Shown: positions 54,271 to 63,970, counted from the stretch's first letter. The stretch: DNA of 64,000 bases from an uncultured Candidatus Saccharibacteria bacterium (GCA_964494945.1 CAZBTX010000002.1:38696-102695), one strand, 5' to 3'. Notes: generated by a model from the sequence alone, not told the origin. Translations and numbers: made by a program.

Positions 54271-54714
54271 ATTTTCATATTTCCACGCGCTTACCATATA
54301 TGTTTACGATAGGAAACATATATGGTAAAAGCGAATGAATCTGCAAGTGCACGAAATTGATCCATAAAAAGAATGGGCGGCGCGCCTTGCGGCGGCCGCC
54401 CCTGTGTGCGTCGGCGGGAGGTGATCAACCTCGCCAAAGATCTTGGAAAGTACCTCCTAACCGGGAGGGGGTTGGCCTCCCTTACGATTGCGCAGGCGCG
54501 CGATCACCTCCTTGGGAGACGTCTCTGCCACTTGGACTGCTTTTGTTTCCTGCTTCCCTTGGTTGTCGTGACCATTTGCGGTTCTCCGACGACACGGAAG
54601 TTCGCACGATAGCCCAAGATGTCAGCGAGACCCCCTTTCAGGTCGAGCAACGCGACCGAATACTTCCATTCTAGACCCTTATTTCTTTTTCGCATCTTTC
54701 TTTTTCAACAGCCA

Positions 54715-55446
54715 TTATTCTTTGGCTGAACGCCACATCATTTCAAAGATTGTGCGAAACGCATTTGCGATAACTTCACTTTCAATATTCACAGTGAAAT
54801 AATCCTTACTAATAGAAGAAATGAGTGTTCTGTCGCCGAAAATACCTATGTCCATTTGGAATAGCGGAAATTCCTTGGAGATAAATCGCGTGTGTTGATA
54901 TTCGTTGTCATATTCTTTCACATAAGCGCGAGCTTCTTCGGTTTCATATAGTATTCCCCGCACCGTAAATTCCGGCGAATAAGTTACGTAATGGAATTTT
55001 TTCATGGTGCGCGGAAAGGCCTCTTTAAAAAGCTCGAGATTACCCATGTAGAGCATATCGCCCCTGATTACAAAAACCTCATCGTAGGCGCGGTCTAGCG
55101 CTTCTTTCCCCTGATAGATCATTACGCGCGGCTTCCCCATCCCCCTCTGAAGGAGCGACTCTAATTGAGGAATAGCTTCCTTTAATTCTTTCAGTCGAAA
55201 TTCGGCTTCGGTGACCAGCTTCTGCGGGGGCTGCGGTACAAAGAATGTCTTCTTACCGCGTACGGTTTTCGTCACCAGGCCTTTTTCTTCAAGCGATTGT
55301 AAGGCAACATACGCCGTCGGGCGCTTAATGCCGGATTTTTTCGAGATACCCAGGACGGTTGCTTCTCCAAGCTCAAGCAGGCTCGTATAGAGCCGGGACT
55401 CCTTATCTTGAAGACCAAAAACCCATGGTGTTTTAGTAGTATTCAT
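54715..55446 (-). CDS. TrmB-family transcriptional regulator
   Basis: GL..KE..LY..LLELG...ISKKSGIKRPTAY..L..L..KGLV. Confidence 0.88.
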   Translation of the reverse strand: MNTTKTPWVFGLQDKESRLYTSLLELGEATVLGISKKSGIKRPTAYVALQSLEEKGLVTKTVRGKKTFFVPQPPQKLVTEAEFRLKELKEAIPQLESLLQRGMGKPRVMIYQGKEALDRAYDEVFVIRGDMLYMGNLELFKEAFPRTMKKFHYVTYSPEFTVRGILYETEEARAYVKEYDNEYQHTRFISKEFPLFQMDIGIFGDRTLISSISKDYFTVNIESEVIANAFRTIFEMMWRSAKE

Positions 55447-55630
55447 GAACCCCAGGATAGAGCTAAAACTCTGATTTGTCAATATTGCTGACAACATTAT
55501 TACATTTTTTAATCTAGTTTTTTCTATTTTTAGCCATTTTTATGATATTTGTATTGACATTATTGACAAATTGCGATATGTATTACAAAAGATTCGATAG
55601 ATTCGATCCTTCACAATAAGGAGAAACGGC

Positions 55631-56218
55631 ATGTTCTACGACTGGGTCTGCCAAGCTATTAATCTCCCCAACTACGTCGACAAGCGCCAGGCGCTCACGA
55701 CCCTCGTTTCCCGATGGGCGGTGAAGTACCCGCTGATCGCGGAGGCCATGGCTGGACGCGCAAGTTTCGAGAAGACGGTGGAGCCGATCGTGTCCGAGAA
55801 TCTCAAGATCCGGTATCTCCGCTACGGCGCTTGCGCCTCGGAATCGTTCCGGGGGAAAGCGGGTGAGATCGCGGAGAAAGTGAAAGATGTTTTCTACCTT
55901 CGTGGTATCGCCGAGCACCGTGTCTTTCCTTACGTGGAATACTTCACTATTTTAGCCGTACCTTTGTCAATCATGCTCGGGTTGTTGCTCTTATCCCTAA
56001 AAATGCAGGTCTTCAGGCCGGAAATAGAGCTATGGCTCGTCAAGCAACTGCTCTTTTGGGGAACGGTGGTGATTTTCTGCTTCTGGCTTCTCCTCTGCTT
56101 GACGAGTGAGTATGGAATAACTCGCGGGAGACAAGAAGCTGCGAAAATCATCACGTGCCAGGCTCGCTTCCTGGATGAAATCTTCGCGAAGCTCCGTAGC
56201 GGTGGGTCGTTCAACTAG
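55631..56218 (+). CDS. Hypothetical 2-TM protein
   Basis: SD aaggag, divergent from the TrmB gene, hairpin at 56226-56254. Confidence 0.7.
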   Translation: MFYDWVCQAINLPNYVDKRQALTTLVSRWAVKYPLIAEAMAGRASFEKTVEPIVSENLKIRYLRYGACASESFRGKAGEIAEKVKDVFYLRGIAEHRVFPYVEYFTILAVPLSIMLGLLLLSLKMQVFRPEIELWLVKQLLFWGTVVIFCFWLLLCLTSEYGITRGRQEAAKIITCQARFLDEIFAKLRSGGSFN

Positions 56219-56257
56219 AACCAGCCCGGCCGCTCTCCTCGGGGAGAGCGGCCGGAC

Positions 56258-57613
56258 TCACTTTTTAATATCTTTTTTCTTTTTCAACACCGCTTGGTTT
56301 TCTTGGTCGGCCCTAGGTTGGTAATATTTCCTCCCGCGCAATTTCTCCGGCAAATGTTCCTGCGAAACTTTAGCATCCAAAAAATCATGGGCATATTTAT
56401 ATCCTTTGTGATATCCCAGATCTTTCATGAGCTTAGTTACCGCATTCCTTAAATGTAGCGGGACGGGCAAAGCGCCGTGTTCTTTTGCGTCAGACAACGC
56501 GGCCAAAAGTCCAGTATACGAAGCGTTGGACTTCGGCGCCAAAGCCAGATAGGTCGCGCCGTGCGCTAAGTTGATCATGGCTTCCGGCATCCCCACATGC
56601 TCCACGGCTTCTGCTACAGCAATAGCTACCACTAATGCCGTTGGCAGGGCGTTTGAAATATCTTCCGAGGCAAAAATTATCATGCGGCGCGCAATGAATC
56701 TCGGGTTTTCTCCCGCCTCCACCATGCGCGCGAGCCAATACAAAGCCCCGTCCGGATCCGAATCGCGCATGGATTTGATGAAGGCCGAGATGACGTTATA
56801 ATGCTCCTCGCCTTTTTTGTCGTATCTTATGGCTTTTTTCTGGAGGGCATCCTCCACCATCTTTTTTGTAATCTTTATACTCTTAGCGGCATCTTTGCTC
56901 ACCGTCTTATTCTCTAATTCGCGCGAATTAGAGAATGCGGTATTCGGGGTGGAGAGAACAATAAATTCCAGCGCATTCAGCGCCACTCTAGCATCTCCGT
57001 CGGCAAATCCAATCACAGCGTGCTTGGCGTCCTCGTCCAACTTGGCCTTGCGCGTTCCTAATCCACGCGCCAAGTCGGAAAGTGCTCTATCAATAATATT
57101 TTCAAGCGCATCATCAGTAAGCGGTTCTAAAACCAAAACCATGGAACGGGAAAGTAGAGGCGAGTTAAGTTCAAAAGAAGGATTTTCGGTGGTGGCACCG
57201 ATTAAAATAATCGTGCCGTTTTCCACGTAAGGCAAAAAGGTGTCCTGCTGGGCTTTGTTGAAGCGGTGGATCTCGTCAACGAATAAAATGGTTTTGCGTT
57301 TTTCAAACTTCAGTCGCCTTTTGGCGTCTTCAATCAGTTTGCGCAGCTCCGGGACGCCGGAAGTGGCCGCCGAAAACGGCTGAAAAAATCCTTTGGTCTT
57401 TTCCGCGATGATGCGCGCCAGCGTAGTTTTGCCGGTTCCCGGCGGACCCCACAAAATCACCGACCGCAACTCGTCTTTTTCAATGGCTGTTCGCAAGGGC
57501 TTCCCCTTCCCCACAATCTCATCCTGCCCGTGAAAATCGCCGAAATCCCGCGGCCGCATGCGCTCGGCCAACGGCTCCATGCCTTTTATATTTTCTTCAA
57601 ATAAGTCAGTCAC
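56258..57613 (-). CDS. rarA: Replication-associated recombination protein A
   Basis: PLAERMRP, GPPGTGKT, DEIHRFNKAQQD and SAFIKSMR motifs. GTG start inferred from a TATAAT 9 nt upstream. Confidence 0.96.
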   Translation of the reverse strand: MTDLFEENIKGMEPLAERMRPRDFGDFHGQDEIVGKGKPLRTAIEKDELRSVILWGPPGTGKTTLARIIAEKTKGFFQPFSAATSGVPELRKLIEDAKRRLKFEKRKTILFVDEIHRFNKAQQDTFLPYVENGTIILIGATTENPSFELNSPLLSRSMVLVLEPLTDDALENIIDRALSDLARGLGTRKAKLDEDAKHAVIGFADGDARVALNALEFIVLSTPNTAFSNSRELENKTVSKDAAKSIKITKKMVEDALQKKAIRYDKKGEEHYNVISAFIKSMRDSDPDGALYWLARMVEAGENPRFIARRMIIFASEDISNALPTALVVAIAVAEAVEHVGMPEAMINLAHGATYLALAPKSNASYTGLLAALSDAKEHGALPVPLHLRNAVTKLMKDLGYHKGYKYAHDFLDAKVSQEHLPEKLRGRKYYQPRADQENQAVLKKKKDIKK

Positions 57614-57649
57614 AGTGAAACTATTATACTCCCGCCGTCCCGAAGGCAT

Positions 57650-57721
57650 ATCAGGTAGTAGAAATTCGAACAAGCAACCACTTGTTCGCCGTAAGCTAAC
57701 ACTCGGATTTTCACTACCCGG
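57650..57721 (-). mobile_element. TATG-flanked hairpin element E4, upstream of rarA
   Basis: TATG-CCGGGTAGTGAAAATCCGAG...TTCGAATTTCTACTACCTGA-TATG. Confidence 0.78.
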
Positions 57722-57872
57722 CATATTACCTTAAAATCTTGACTTTTTCATACTTTATGATAAGTTATTGTCGTCCTTTAACTGGCTGGCGTGGACGGGC
57801 CAATCTACCACGCAAAACCTTCTCCGCGCACTGCTCCGGTAACCAGCCCGGAGTACCGCAAAGGAGATACAA

Positions 57873-58409
57873 ATGACGACGCACCTTGAATGGGTCTTCA
57901 AGAACACCCTCGGCGGACAGGGGTACTTCGTGTATACCCCAGCCAACGCATGCGAGGACCTCCGTACTGGGGAGGCCAATGCCGTGCTGTTCAAGCTGGA
58001 CCTTAGCGACACGGCACGCTACTCCTGGAAGGATCACCCGCTCTTGCTGGAGATCGAAAAGATCCAGCGGGGCGAGATTCCTCTCTTCAGAGCCAACGTC
58101 CTAGAAATCTCCGATTGGGACGAGCTGAACAGCGCTTTTCAACTGGAGCGCGGTTGGGGTTACATCGACCTCCTCGACGGATCGGTAGCTGAGTTCATTG
58201 CGGCCGAGTTCGATGTCGGACAGAAAAAGAATGGGGAATGGACGAGTTGGAGATTCGGGAAGATCGTGGCGGTGAGGCAGAGATTCCGGCTCGACCGAAT
58301 CGCACGGATCGCCCACCTCGTCGAGGAATATCTCCATCAAGTAAGAAAGACAGAGCCGGCGAAGATCATTCGCATTGCCAACTTTCTCGAGCTCGACGCT
58401 GTAAGGTAG
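57873..58409 (+). CDS. Hypothetical protein
   Basis: SD aaggag, upstream TTGACT..TATGAT promoter and a terminator at 58473-58506. Confidence 0.72.
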   Translation: MTTHLEWVFKNTLGGQGYFVYTPANACEDLRTGEANAVLFKLDLSDTARYSWKDHPLLLEIEKIQRGEIPLFRANVLEISDWDELNSAFQLERGWGYIDLLDGSVAEFIAAEFDVGQKKNGEWTSWRFGKIVAVRQRFRLDRIARIAHLVEEYLHQVRKTEPAKIIRIANFLELDAVR

Positions 58410-58580
58410 GAGTATGCGGGTGAGGCGAGCGGTCCACCGTCTCGATAAGCTCGGGGCAAGCAAACGCTCGCAACAGCCGGGGATACCCCTCGGCTGTTTC
58501 TTTTTATATTTTCTTTCTATATTTCCATCAGCGCCAGTTGCCGCGGCACCCGCACATAAGTATTTCAAGTATTTCGGTAT

Positions 58581-58626
58581 GCTCCCTACTCTATCTTATG
58601 CTATAGCATAAGATAGAGTAGGGAGC
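58581..58626. repeat. Perfect 46-bp palindrome, core ATGCTATAGCAT
   Basis: gctccctactctatcttatgcta|tagcataagatagagtagggagc. Confidence 0.95.
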
Positions 58627-58727
58627 TAAGTACGCAACGAAACAGAAACATGTAAACGAGTATAGAAATATAGAAACGAGCCGGGAGAGTAAGAGAAATG
58701 AAAAACTGCCCCAAATGGGGCGGTTTT

Positions 58728-58934
58728 TCAGTTAAATCTGTCTTCCTTCGCGTGTCTTGAAACTTCTTCGGCAAGCATTTTGACTTTCTCCTCGTCCATT
58801 TCCTTCATCTTCTTCCAGAGGTTGGAGCAGTGATCGCAACCCTCGGCGTTCTTAATGTAATCATCGTAGCGGTAAAGCGAAGACGAATCCTCACTTAACT
58901 GCTTTACGAGGTCGTGATTGTGGTCTTTTAGCAT
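58728..58934 (-). CDS. Small helical protein with a CxxC motif (possibly ferritin-like)
   Basis: HDLVKQL...RYDDYIKNAEGCDHC..LW. Confidence 0.7.
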   Translation of the reverse strand: MLKDHNHDLVKQLSEDSSSLYRYDDYIKNAEGCDHCSNLWKKMKEMDEEKVKMLAEEVSRHAKEDRFN

Positions 58935-59217
58935 TTTTCTTTTCTTTTTTAACCGGCTCTTTGGAGACAACCGGCGTTTCATTTTTGATTTCGACCTTTG
59001 GCGCGACTTTTTGTTTTACCACCACGCCAGAATTTAAACCGCCGTCAACCGGTGCTTCACGCAGCCGGGATTTGGTGTGGGGGTTAAAAAATTTCTCTAT
59101 TAAAAGTTTTATCTTCTCTCTGGCTTCCGGAGTATCGTTAAATTGACGGCGGATAGCCGCTTTTTCCTGCCTGATATGCCGTCTAAGACCCTTGGAAAGT
59201 CGCGCAAATTCAACCAT
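58891..59217 (-). CDS. Basic hypothetical protein
   Basis: RLSKGLRRHIRQEKAAIRR N-terminus. The 3' end overlaps the next gene. Confidence 0.6.
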   Translation of the reverse strand: MVEFARLSKGLRRHIRQEKAAIRRQFNDTPEAREKIKLLIEKFFNPHTKSRLREAPVDGGLNSGVVVKQKVAPKVEIKNETPVVSKEPVKKEKKNAKRPQSRPRKAVK

Positions 59218-59273
59218 AACCTAAAGAGCATAACAGGTAGCAGAAATTCTAACAAGTAACTACCAGCGTACCC

Positions 59274-59311
59274 CCTCCCACTACGATACTCTAGAGTATC
59301 GTAGTGGGAGG
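59274..59311. repeat. Perfect 38-bp palindrome
   Basis: cctcccactacgatactct|agagtatcgtagtgggagg. Confidence 0.95.
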
Positions 59312-59314
59312 AAT

Positions 59315-60250
59315 TTACGAACGCGAAAGGGCTTTACGTTTTTCTATGGCGGCCAGCAGTGCCTCGCGAATGCCGTCAGTTGAATATCCATAGGTCGGAT
59401 AGCCGCCGATCTGTGCCGAACCCTCCGCTGGTTTTTTAGGATCTATATAAGTATCGTGAAAATCAGTACCGGCGGTTTTTAGTATCTTATATTTCTCCGA
59501 TAGTGTTATCAAGAATTCCGTGCCATCCTCATCAGCATTTGAAAAAACTTCAATGCCATCTAGTCCTTGCTCCAAAAACTTGCCAAGAGTTTCTTCAACT
59601 AATTTATATAATTGATTTTTATCTTTTATAACCATGCCCATGGGTATAAGCGGATGCGACCAAATCGCGACACCCCCCGCTTCGTGTATTACTTCGGCCG
59701 CTTCTTCGGGTGTTAGCGAACTATGAGATACAAAAACACTCTTCGGGGCCTCATCCGCTAAATAAGCGTTGAAAAGATCCTGCCGAGTTACGATGTTTTC
59801 TGTTCGCAGTTTCTCTACATTCGCGGGATTTTCCATGATTTCCTCCGCGACATGTACACGGCTTATGACTCCCTTAGCTCTTTTATTCACCGCCTCAAAT
59901 TCCACCGCGAAACCATAACGCTTCAGATTTTCTATGCCGTTTTGGGCGCGCGTTTCCCGCGCACGCTTAAAATCTCCTAGTATTTGTAAAAGGCGCTGAT
60001 GGCTACAATCAATCCCAAACCCCAGAATATGAATTCCCCATTTTTCATACTCACACGAAAGTTCAATCCCCGGTATCACCTCCATACCAAGTTCCTTCCC
60101 GGCCTCCAATGCTTCATTAATGCCGCCAACCGTGTCGTGGTCGGTGATGGCTATGCTTAAAACGTCGTTCTCTTTCGCCATTTTCACGCATTCCCGCGGA
60201 GAAAACTTGCCATCGGAAGCGGTAGTTTGAATTTGATAATCAATTACCAT
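59315..60250 (-). CDS. PHP-domain phosphoesterase (TrpH/YciV-like)
   Basis: T.SDG, AITDHDT, IPGIELS, HILG, SHP and GTDFH motifs. Confidence 0.9.
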   Translation of the reverse strand: MVIDYQIQTTASDGKFSPRECVKMAKENDVLSIAITDHDTVGGINEALEAGKELGMEVIPGIELSCEYEKWGIHILGFGIDCSHQRLLQILGDFKRARETRAQNGIENLKRYGFAVEFEAVNKRAKGVISRVHVAEEIMENPANVEKLRTENIVTRQDLFNAYLADEAPKSVFVSHSSLTPEEAAEVIHEAGGVAIWSHPLIPMGMVIKDKNQLYKLVEETLGKFLEQGLDGIEVFSNADEDGTEFLITLSEKYKILKTAGTDFHDTYIDPKKPAEGSAQIGGYPTYGYSTDGIREALLAAIEKRKALSRS

Positions 60251-60340
60251 GGTTCTTAGTTTCTAGTTTTAATTTACAGTTGTTAGTTTCTTGTTTTAGT
60301 ACAGAAAACTAAAACCAAAAACTAAGAACCAAGAACTGAG
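60251..60340. repeat. Inverted heptamer arrays
   Basis: ggttcttagtttctagtttt...aaaactaaaaccaaaaactaagaaccaagaact. Confidence 0.8.
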
Positions 60341-60343
60341 CCG

Positions 60344-60763
60344 TTAGACAAACTCTGGCACAAACTCGGCTTCCCAGTGATGCAACTTAGTTCGCTGAAT
60401 TCCGCTACCCACAAGCGCCACGGCGTGAATCTCTTCTTCTACATGGTCAATATGCTTCCCTATAAGTTCGCATTCAATTTCTTTGTCGGAAAAATGAATA
60501 ATATCCATCGCGGAAAATACCGCATTATGCATCTCATTCTCAAATATCACGTTATCCAAGAATTCCCCCAGAAGATCTGAAAGATTCTTGCCATGTGTGT
60601 GCGCCCTAACTCTTACCGTCTTTCGATTTTCCGGTGCGACATCAGGCCGCAGAAGCGCCGCCAAGCCCAAAAGAGCGTTGCCAAAAAGTTCGCGTTCCGA
60701 TGAACCCCAGACCCTAACGCGGGTAACGCCGTCTTTACCAAAAATATCGTATTTCAACTGCAT
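60344..60763 (-). CDS. Archease-like protein (degenerate)
   Basis: RVRVWG...ELF.NA..GL, LL.EFL..V, EI.AV and W.A pattern, at the size of archease. Confidence 0.7.
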   Translation of the reverse strand: MQLKYDIFGKDGVTRVRVWGSSERELFGNALLGLAALLRPDVAPENRKTVRVRAHTHGKNLSDLLGEFLDNVIFENEMHNAVFSAMDIIHFSDKEIECELIGKHIDHVEEEIHAVALVGSGIQRTKLHHWEAEFVPEFV

Positions 60764-60765
60764 CG

Positions 60766-61737
60766 TTATTCTATAATAACGTTTCCCCTTCCTTTGGCTA
60801 TATACCCTATCTCAAAAACTCTTTCCTTATTTATAAGTAGCTTCTTGATTGTGGCTAACGACTTTCCCGGCACAATTAGCACAAAACCGATGCCCATATT
60901 AAAAGTCCGGAACATTTCTCTCCCGGAAATACCGGATTTCTTTTGGATTTCAAAAAAGATCTTCGGCACAAGCCAGGAATCTTTGTTGATAATCGCATCT
61001 ACCCGAGACGGCAATATTCTATGAAGATTGTCGTAAAGTCCGCCGCCTGTAATATGAGCCGCGCCGTGGAGAATACATCTTTTCATAACCGGCAAGATGC
61101 TTCTTACATAAATCCTTGTAGGCCGAAGTAAATCTCTACTGGGTTTTAAAATTTTATTTACCAAACTAAAGCCATTTGAGTGAAGTCCTGAAGAAGTAAA
61201 TCCCAAAATTATATCTCCGCTTCGTATTTTACTCCCATCAATGATTTTCTCTTTTTCTACTACGCCAACAGCAAAACCGGCTAGCCCCATACGGTTTCCG
61301 CCATAGACATCTGGCATTTCTGCAGTTTCGCCCCCCACAAGAGCACATCCCGCCAATTTGCATCCTCTCGTCATACCGCGAATAAGCGTGAACAAAAATT
61401 GCTTTTGACCAAGCCCTAATCCCACATAGTCAAGAAAAAAGAGTGGTTCCGCGCCCATTGCGAGAATATCGTTAACATTCATGGCCACCAAATCAACGCC
61501 GATGGACTTAAGGTTTTTCAGCCGAATCGCCATATCAAGTTTAGTACCAACGCCATCAGCACTAGAAACTAATATGGGATTTTTATATCTTTTTAAACTA
61601 AAAAGGGCGCCGAAGGGCCCAATGTCGTCTAGAACTTCTGCTCGTCTGGTACTCTTAACCAATTTTTTGATACGAGAAATAATTGAGTTCGCAAATCTCA
61701 AATCTACTCCTGATTGTTTATAGCCCAATCTTTTCAT
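60766..61737 (-). CDS. purM: Phosphoribosylformylglycinamidine cyclo-ligase
   Basis: DGVGTK, GGETAEMP, SSGLHSNGFS, HITGGG and TFNMG motifs. Confidence 0.97.
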   Translation of the reverse strand: MKRLGYKQSGVDLRFANSIISRIKKLVKSTRRAEVLDDIGPFGALFSLKRYKNPILVSSADGVGTKLDMAIRLKNLKSIGVDLVAMNVNDILAMGAEPLFFLDYVGLGLGQKQFLFTLIRGMTRGCKLAGCALVGGETAEMPDVYGGNRMGLAGFAVGVVEKEKIIDGSKIRSGDIILGFTSSGLHSNGFSLVNKILKPSRDLLRPTRIYVRSILPVMKRCILHGAAHITGGGLYDNLHRILPSRVDAIINKDSWLVPKIFFEIQKKSGISGREMFRTFNMGIGFVLIVPGKSLATIKKLLINKERVFEIGYIAKGRGNVIIE

Positions 61738-63040
61738 CAAATAAGGTTTTGAGTTCTTCTATTACTACATTCCTATCATCCCACGGAATTTTTTTGCCGC
61801 CAGCAACCGCGATTGCCGACTCCGAACCCTTGCCCGTAATTATAACTACATCTCCGGCCCTAGCTGATGAAAGTGCTTCCCGAATAGCAAGCCGTCGGTC
61901 TTCAATTATTTTAGACCGGCCGCCGCTCGCCTCAACTCCGCGTCTGACATCTTCCATTATAGAACGCGGGTCTTCGTTATAAGGGTCTTCATCCGTAATG
62001 ATAACTTTAAAGCAATACTCGCCGGCAATTTTACCCAGTTCCGGCCGTTTCCATTTGTCCCTGCCTCCGCCCGTCGCTCCTAAAACACAGATCAGCTTTT
62101 TTGCACCGCCACTTAAAGTTTTATAAACCTGTCTCAAAGCATTGGGCGTGAAAGCGTAATCCACCACAACCGAAAAATCTTTGGCCTTGATTTCCTCCAT
62201 TCTCCCCGGAACACCGCGAAAATCCGCGAATGCCTTTCTTATTGATTCATGCGAGATGCCAAAGGCCTCGGCAACCGCAATGGCGGCAAGCATATTCTCG
62301 GCATTAAAGAGGCCTTTAAGTGGTGAAGCGACTTCCCATCCCTCCGAAAAATACAAATGAATACCGTTATCCCCAACCTCGTATTTTGACGGCCAGAGAA
62401 CCTTAGATAATTTAGACCCGGCGCCCACACGATAATTCAGCATATAACCGATTTTTTGCTTGGCCTTGAACGAAAGAAAATAATCGGCGTTTTGATCTCC
62501 TAAATTGACAACCGCAACCCCCTGCCCGCCAAGCCCTTTGAATAACTTGCCTTTAGCGCGCTTGTAATTTTCAAATCCGCCGTGCGCTTCCAGATGCTCC
62601 GGCGTTAGATTGGTCAATACTGCTGCGGCAAAAGGAATATATTTGTGCCGAAATTGTTTAATACCTTCTGATGTCACTTCCAGTATCACGTGTGTGACTC
62701 CGGATTTTTTAGCGTCTGACAAGAACTTTTGCACAAAGAATCTCCCCGGCATTGTCATTTTGAATTTGTTCTCAACTTCCTTGTCGCCAATTTTAAACCT
62801 TATAGAAGATAAAGAAGCAACTTTTTTGCCATCCGCCTCAAAAATACGGTGCAGCATTTCCACTACCGTGGATTTGCCGTTGGTGCCGGTAACGCCGATG
62901 ACGATAAGCCCGCGTGCCGGGAAGCCGTAAATAATAGCCCCAGCGGTGGCCAACAACCAGTGATAAGCCGGCTGGAAAAAGCGAAAAATGGGTTTGGGTA
63001 TTACATATTCTCGAAAGAAATAGAAAATCCGGTCTAGCAT
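61718..63040 (-). CDS. murE: UDP-MurNAc-tripeptide synthetase (MurE-type Mur ligase)
   Basis: GVTGTNGKST, LEVTSEG, VPGRME, DEDPY.EDP and TGKGSE motifs. Confidence 0.9.
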   Translation of the reverse strand: MLDRIFYFFREYVIPKPIFRFFQPAYHWLLATAGAIIYGFPARGLIVIGVTGTNGKSTVVEMLHRIFEADGKKVASLSSIRFKIGDKEVENKFKMTMPGRFFVQKFLSDAKKSGVTHVILEVTSEGIKQFRHKYIPFAAAVLTNLTPEHLEAHGGFENYKRAKGKLFKGLGGQGVAVVNLGDQNADYFLSFKAKQKIGYMLNYRVGAGSKLSKVLWPSKYEVGDNGIHLYFSEGWEVASPLKGLFNAENMLAAIAVAEAFGISHESIRKAFADFRGVPGRMEEIKAKDFSVVVDYAFTPNALRQVYKTLSGGAKKLICVLGATGGGRDKWKRPELGKIAGEYCFKVIITDEDPYNEDPRSIMEDVRRGVEASGGRSKIIEDRRLAIREALSSARAGDVVIITGKGSESAIAVAGGKKIPWDDRNVVIEELKTLFDEKIGL

Positions 63041-63047
63041 AAAGCGA

Positions 63048-63932
63048 CTATACCACCTTGCGGGCGAGTTGGTAGAGCGCGTACCAAATCGGCCGGAAAA
63101 CCACATCAAAAGCAAGAGGATGAGTCTTAGACGTTCCGCCGAATCCTTTTTTGAAACGGGAGATGCCGGGCCACTTAATTTCATCAATACCCCACAAGTC
63201 ATAGGTGGCGCATCCGCGCCTTCTGGCTTCCTGTATAATCCGCCAGTGCAGGAGATACGGCGCCATCACGTTTCGCAATTCGTAATTTGAAGCGCCGTGA
63301 AGGTAAGTAGCCGTTCCTTTGTAAAAATTCACCAGAGCCGCCGCCGCGACTTCTTTTTTGTAAACTGCAAAAAACAATCTATTCTCTAATTCGCGCGAAT
63401 TAGAGAATAATAAATGCTCGTAGTGCGATTTGGGATGCAAATGAAAGCCATCACGCTTGGCGGTTGCGGAAAGCAGCTTGTAAAACTCTTCAACCGCCTC
63501 CGTGCCGCGCTCTTCTACCGCCACCCCGTGCCGCTCGGCGACTCGTATGTTGTATCGCGTTTTTTCGTGCATACCGCGAAGCAGTTCATCATCGGATTTT
63601 GTCAGATCAATCAAAACCGTCTCCCGCGGCTGTAGATTCAGCGCCGGAGATACTTTCAAATTACTTGTCGCTTGTCGCTTGTCGCCTGTCGCCAATTCAT
63701 TTTCTGGCTCAACGCGAATAAAGATTGGACTATCGGGGAGCGCCCTTAATGCTTTGAAAAATCCCTCGACATTTTTAATTTCCGGCCGTGGGCAGTACCA
63801 ATAAAAAAATCCGAATGGCAAATTGTGTTTGAAGAAAACCGCCGATTCACTACCAAAGACGAGACGATGGGTCTCCCGCCCATCCAGTTTCTGAATTTCT
63901 TCCCATTCTTTGTACTGCAAAAATGATGGCAT
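63048..63932 (-). CDS. FemAB/FemX-family peptidoglycan bridge aminoacyltransferase
   Basis: FLQ..EW, KTRYNIR, YLHGAS, YDLWG and FKKGFGG motifs. Confidence 0.92.
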   Translation of the reverse strand: MPSFLQYKEWEEIQKLDGRETHRLVFGSESAVFFKHNLPFGFFYWYCPRPEIKNVEGFFKALRALPDSPIFIRVEPENELATGDKRQATSNLKVSPALNLQPRETVLIDLTKSDDELLRGMHEKTRYNIRVAERHGVAVEERGTEAVEEFYKLLSATAKRDGFHLHPKSHYEHLLFSNSRELENRLFFAVYKKEVAAAALVNFYKGTATYLHGASNYELRNVMAPYLLHWRIIQEARRRGCATYDLWGIDEIKWPGISRFKKGFGGTSKTHPLAFDVVFRPIWYALYQLARKVV

Positions 63933-63942
63933 CCCTACCTAT

Positions 63943-63970
63943 CTTCTCTAATTCGCGCGAATTAGAGAAG
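63943..63970. repeat. Palindrome TTCTCTAATTCGCGCGAATTAGAGAA, intergenic copy
   Basis: Identical 26-bp core at 56910-56935 and 63382-63407. Confidence 0.95.

Noticed and set aside
54357-54695. Small overlapping ORFs downstream of the TrmB gene
   Set aside because: I could not determine a coding frame, and there is no clear SD or motif.
57614-57724. N-terminal extension MPGSENPS... of RarA in the ORF track
   Set aside because: It is translation of hairpin element E4. A TATAAT lies just upstream of GTG 57613.
59230-59266. Sixth copy of the TATG hairpin family (caggtagcagaaatt..actacc)
   Set aside because: Degenerate, with a truncated second arm and no clear TATG duplication. At most a remnant.
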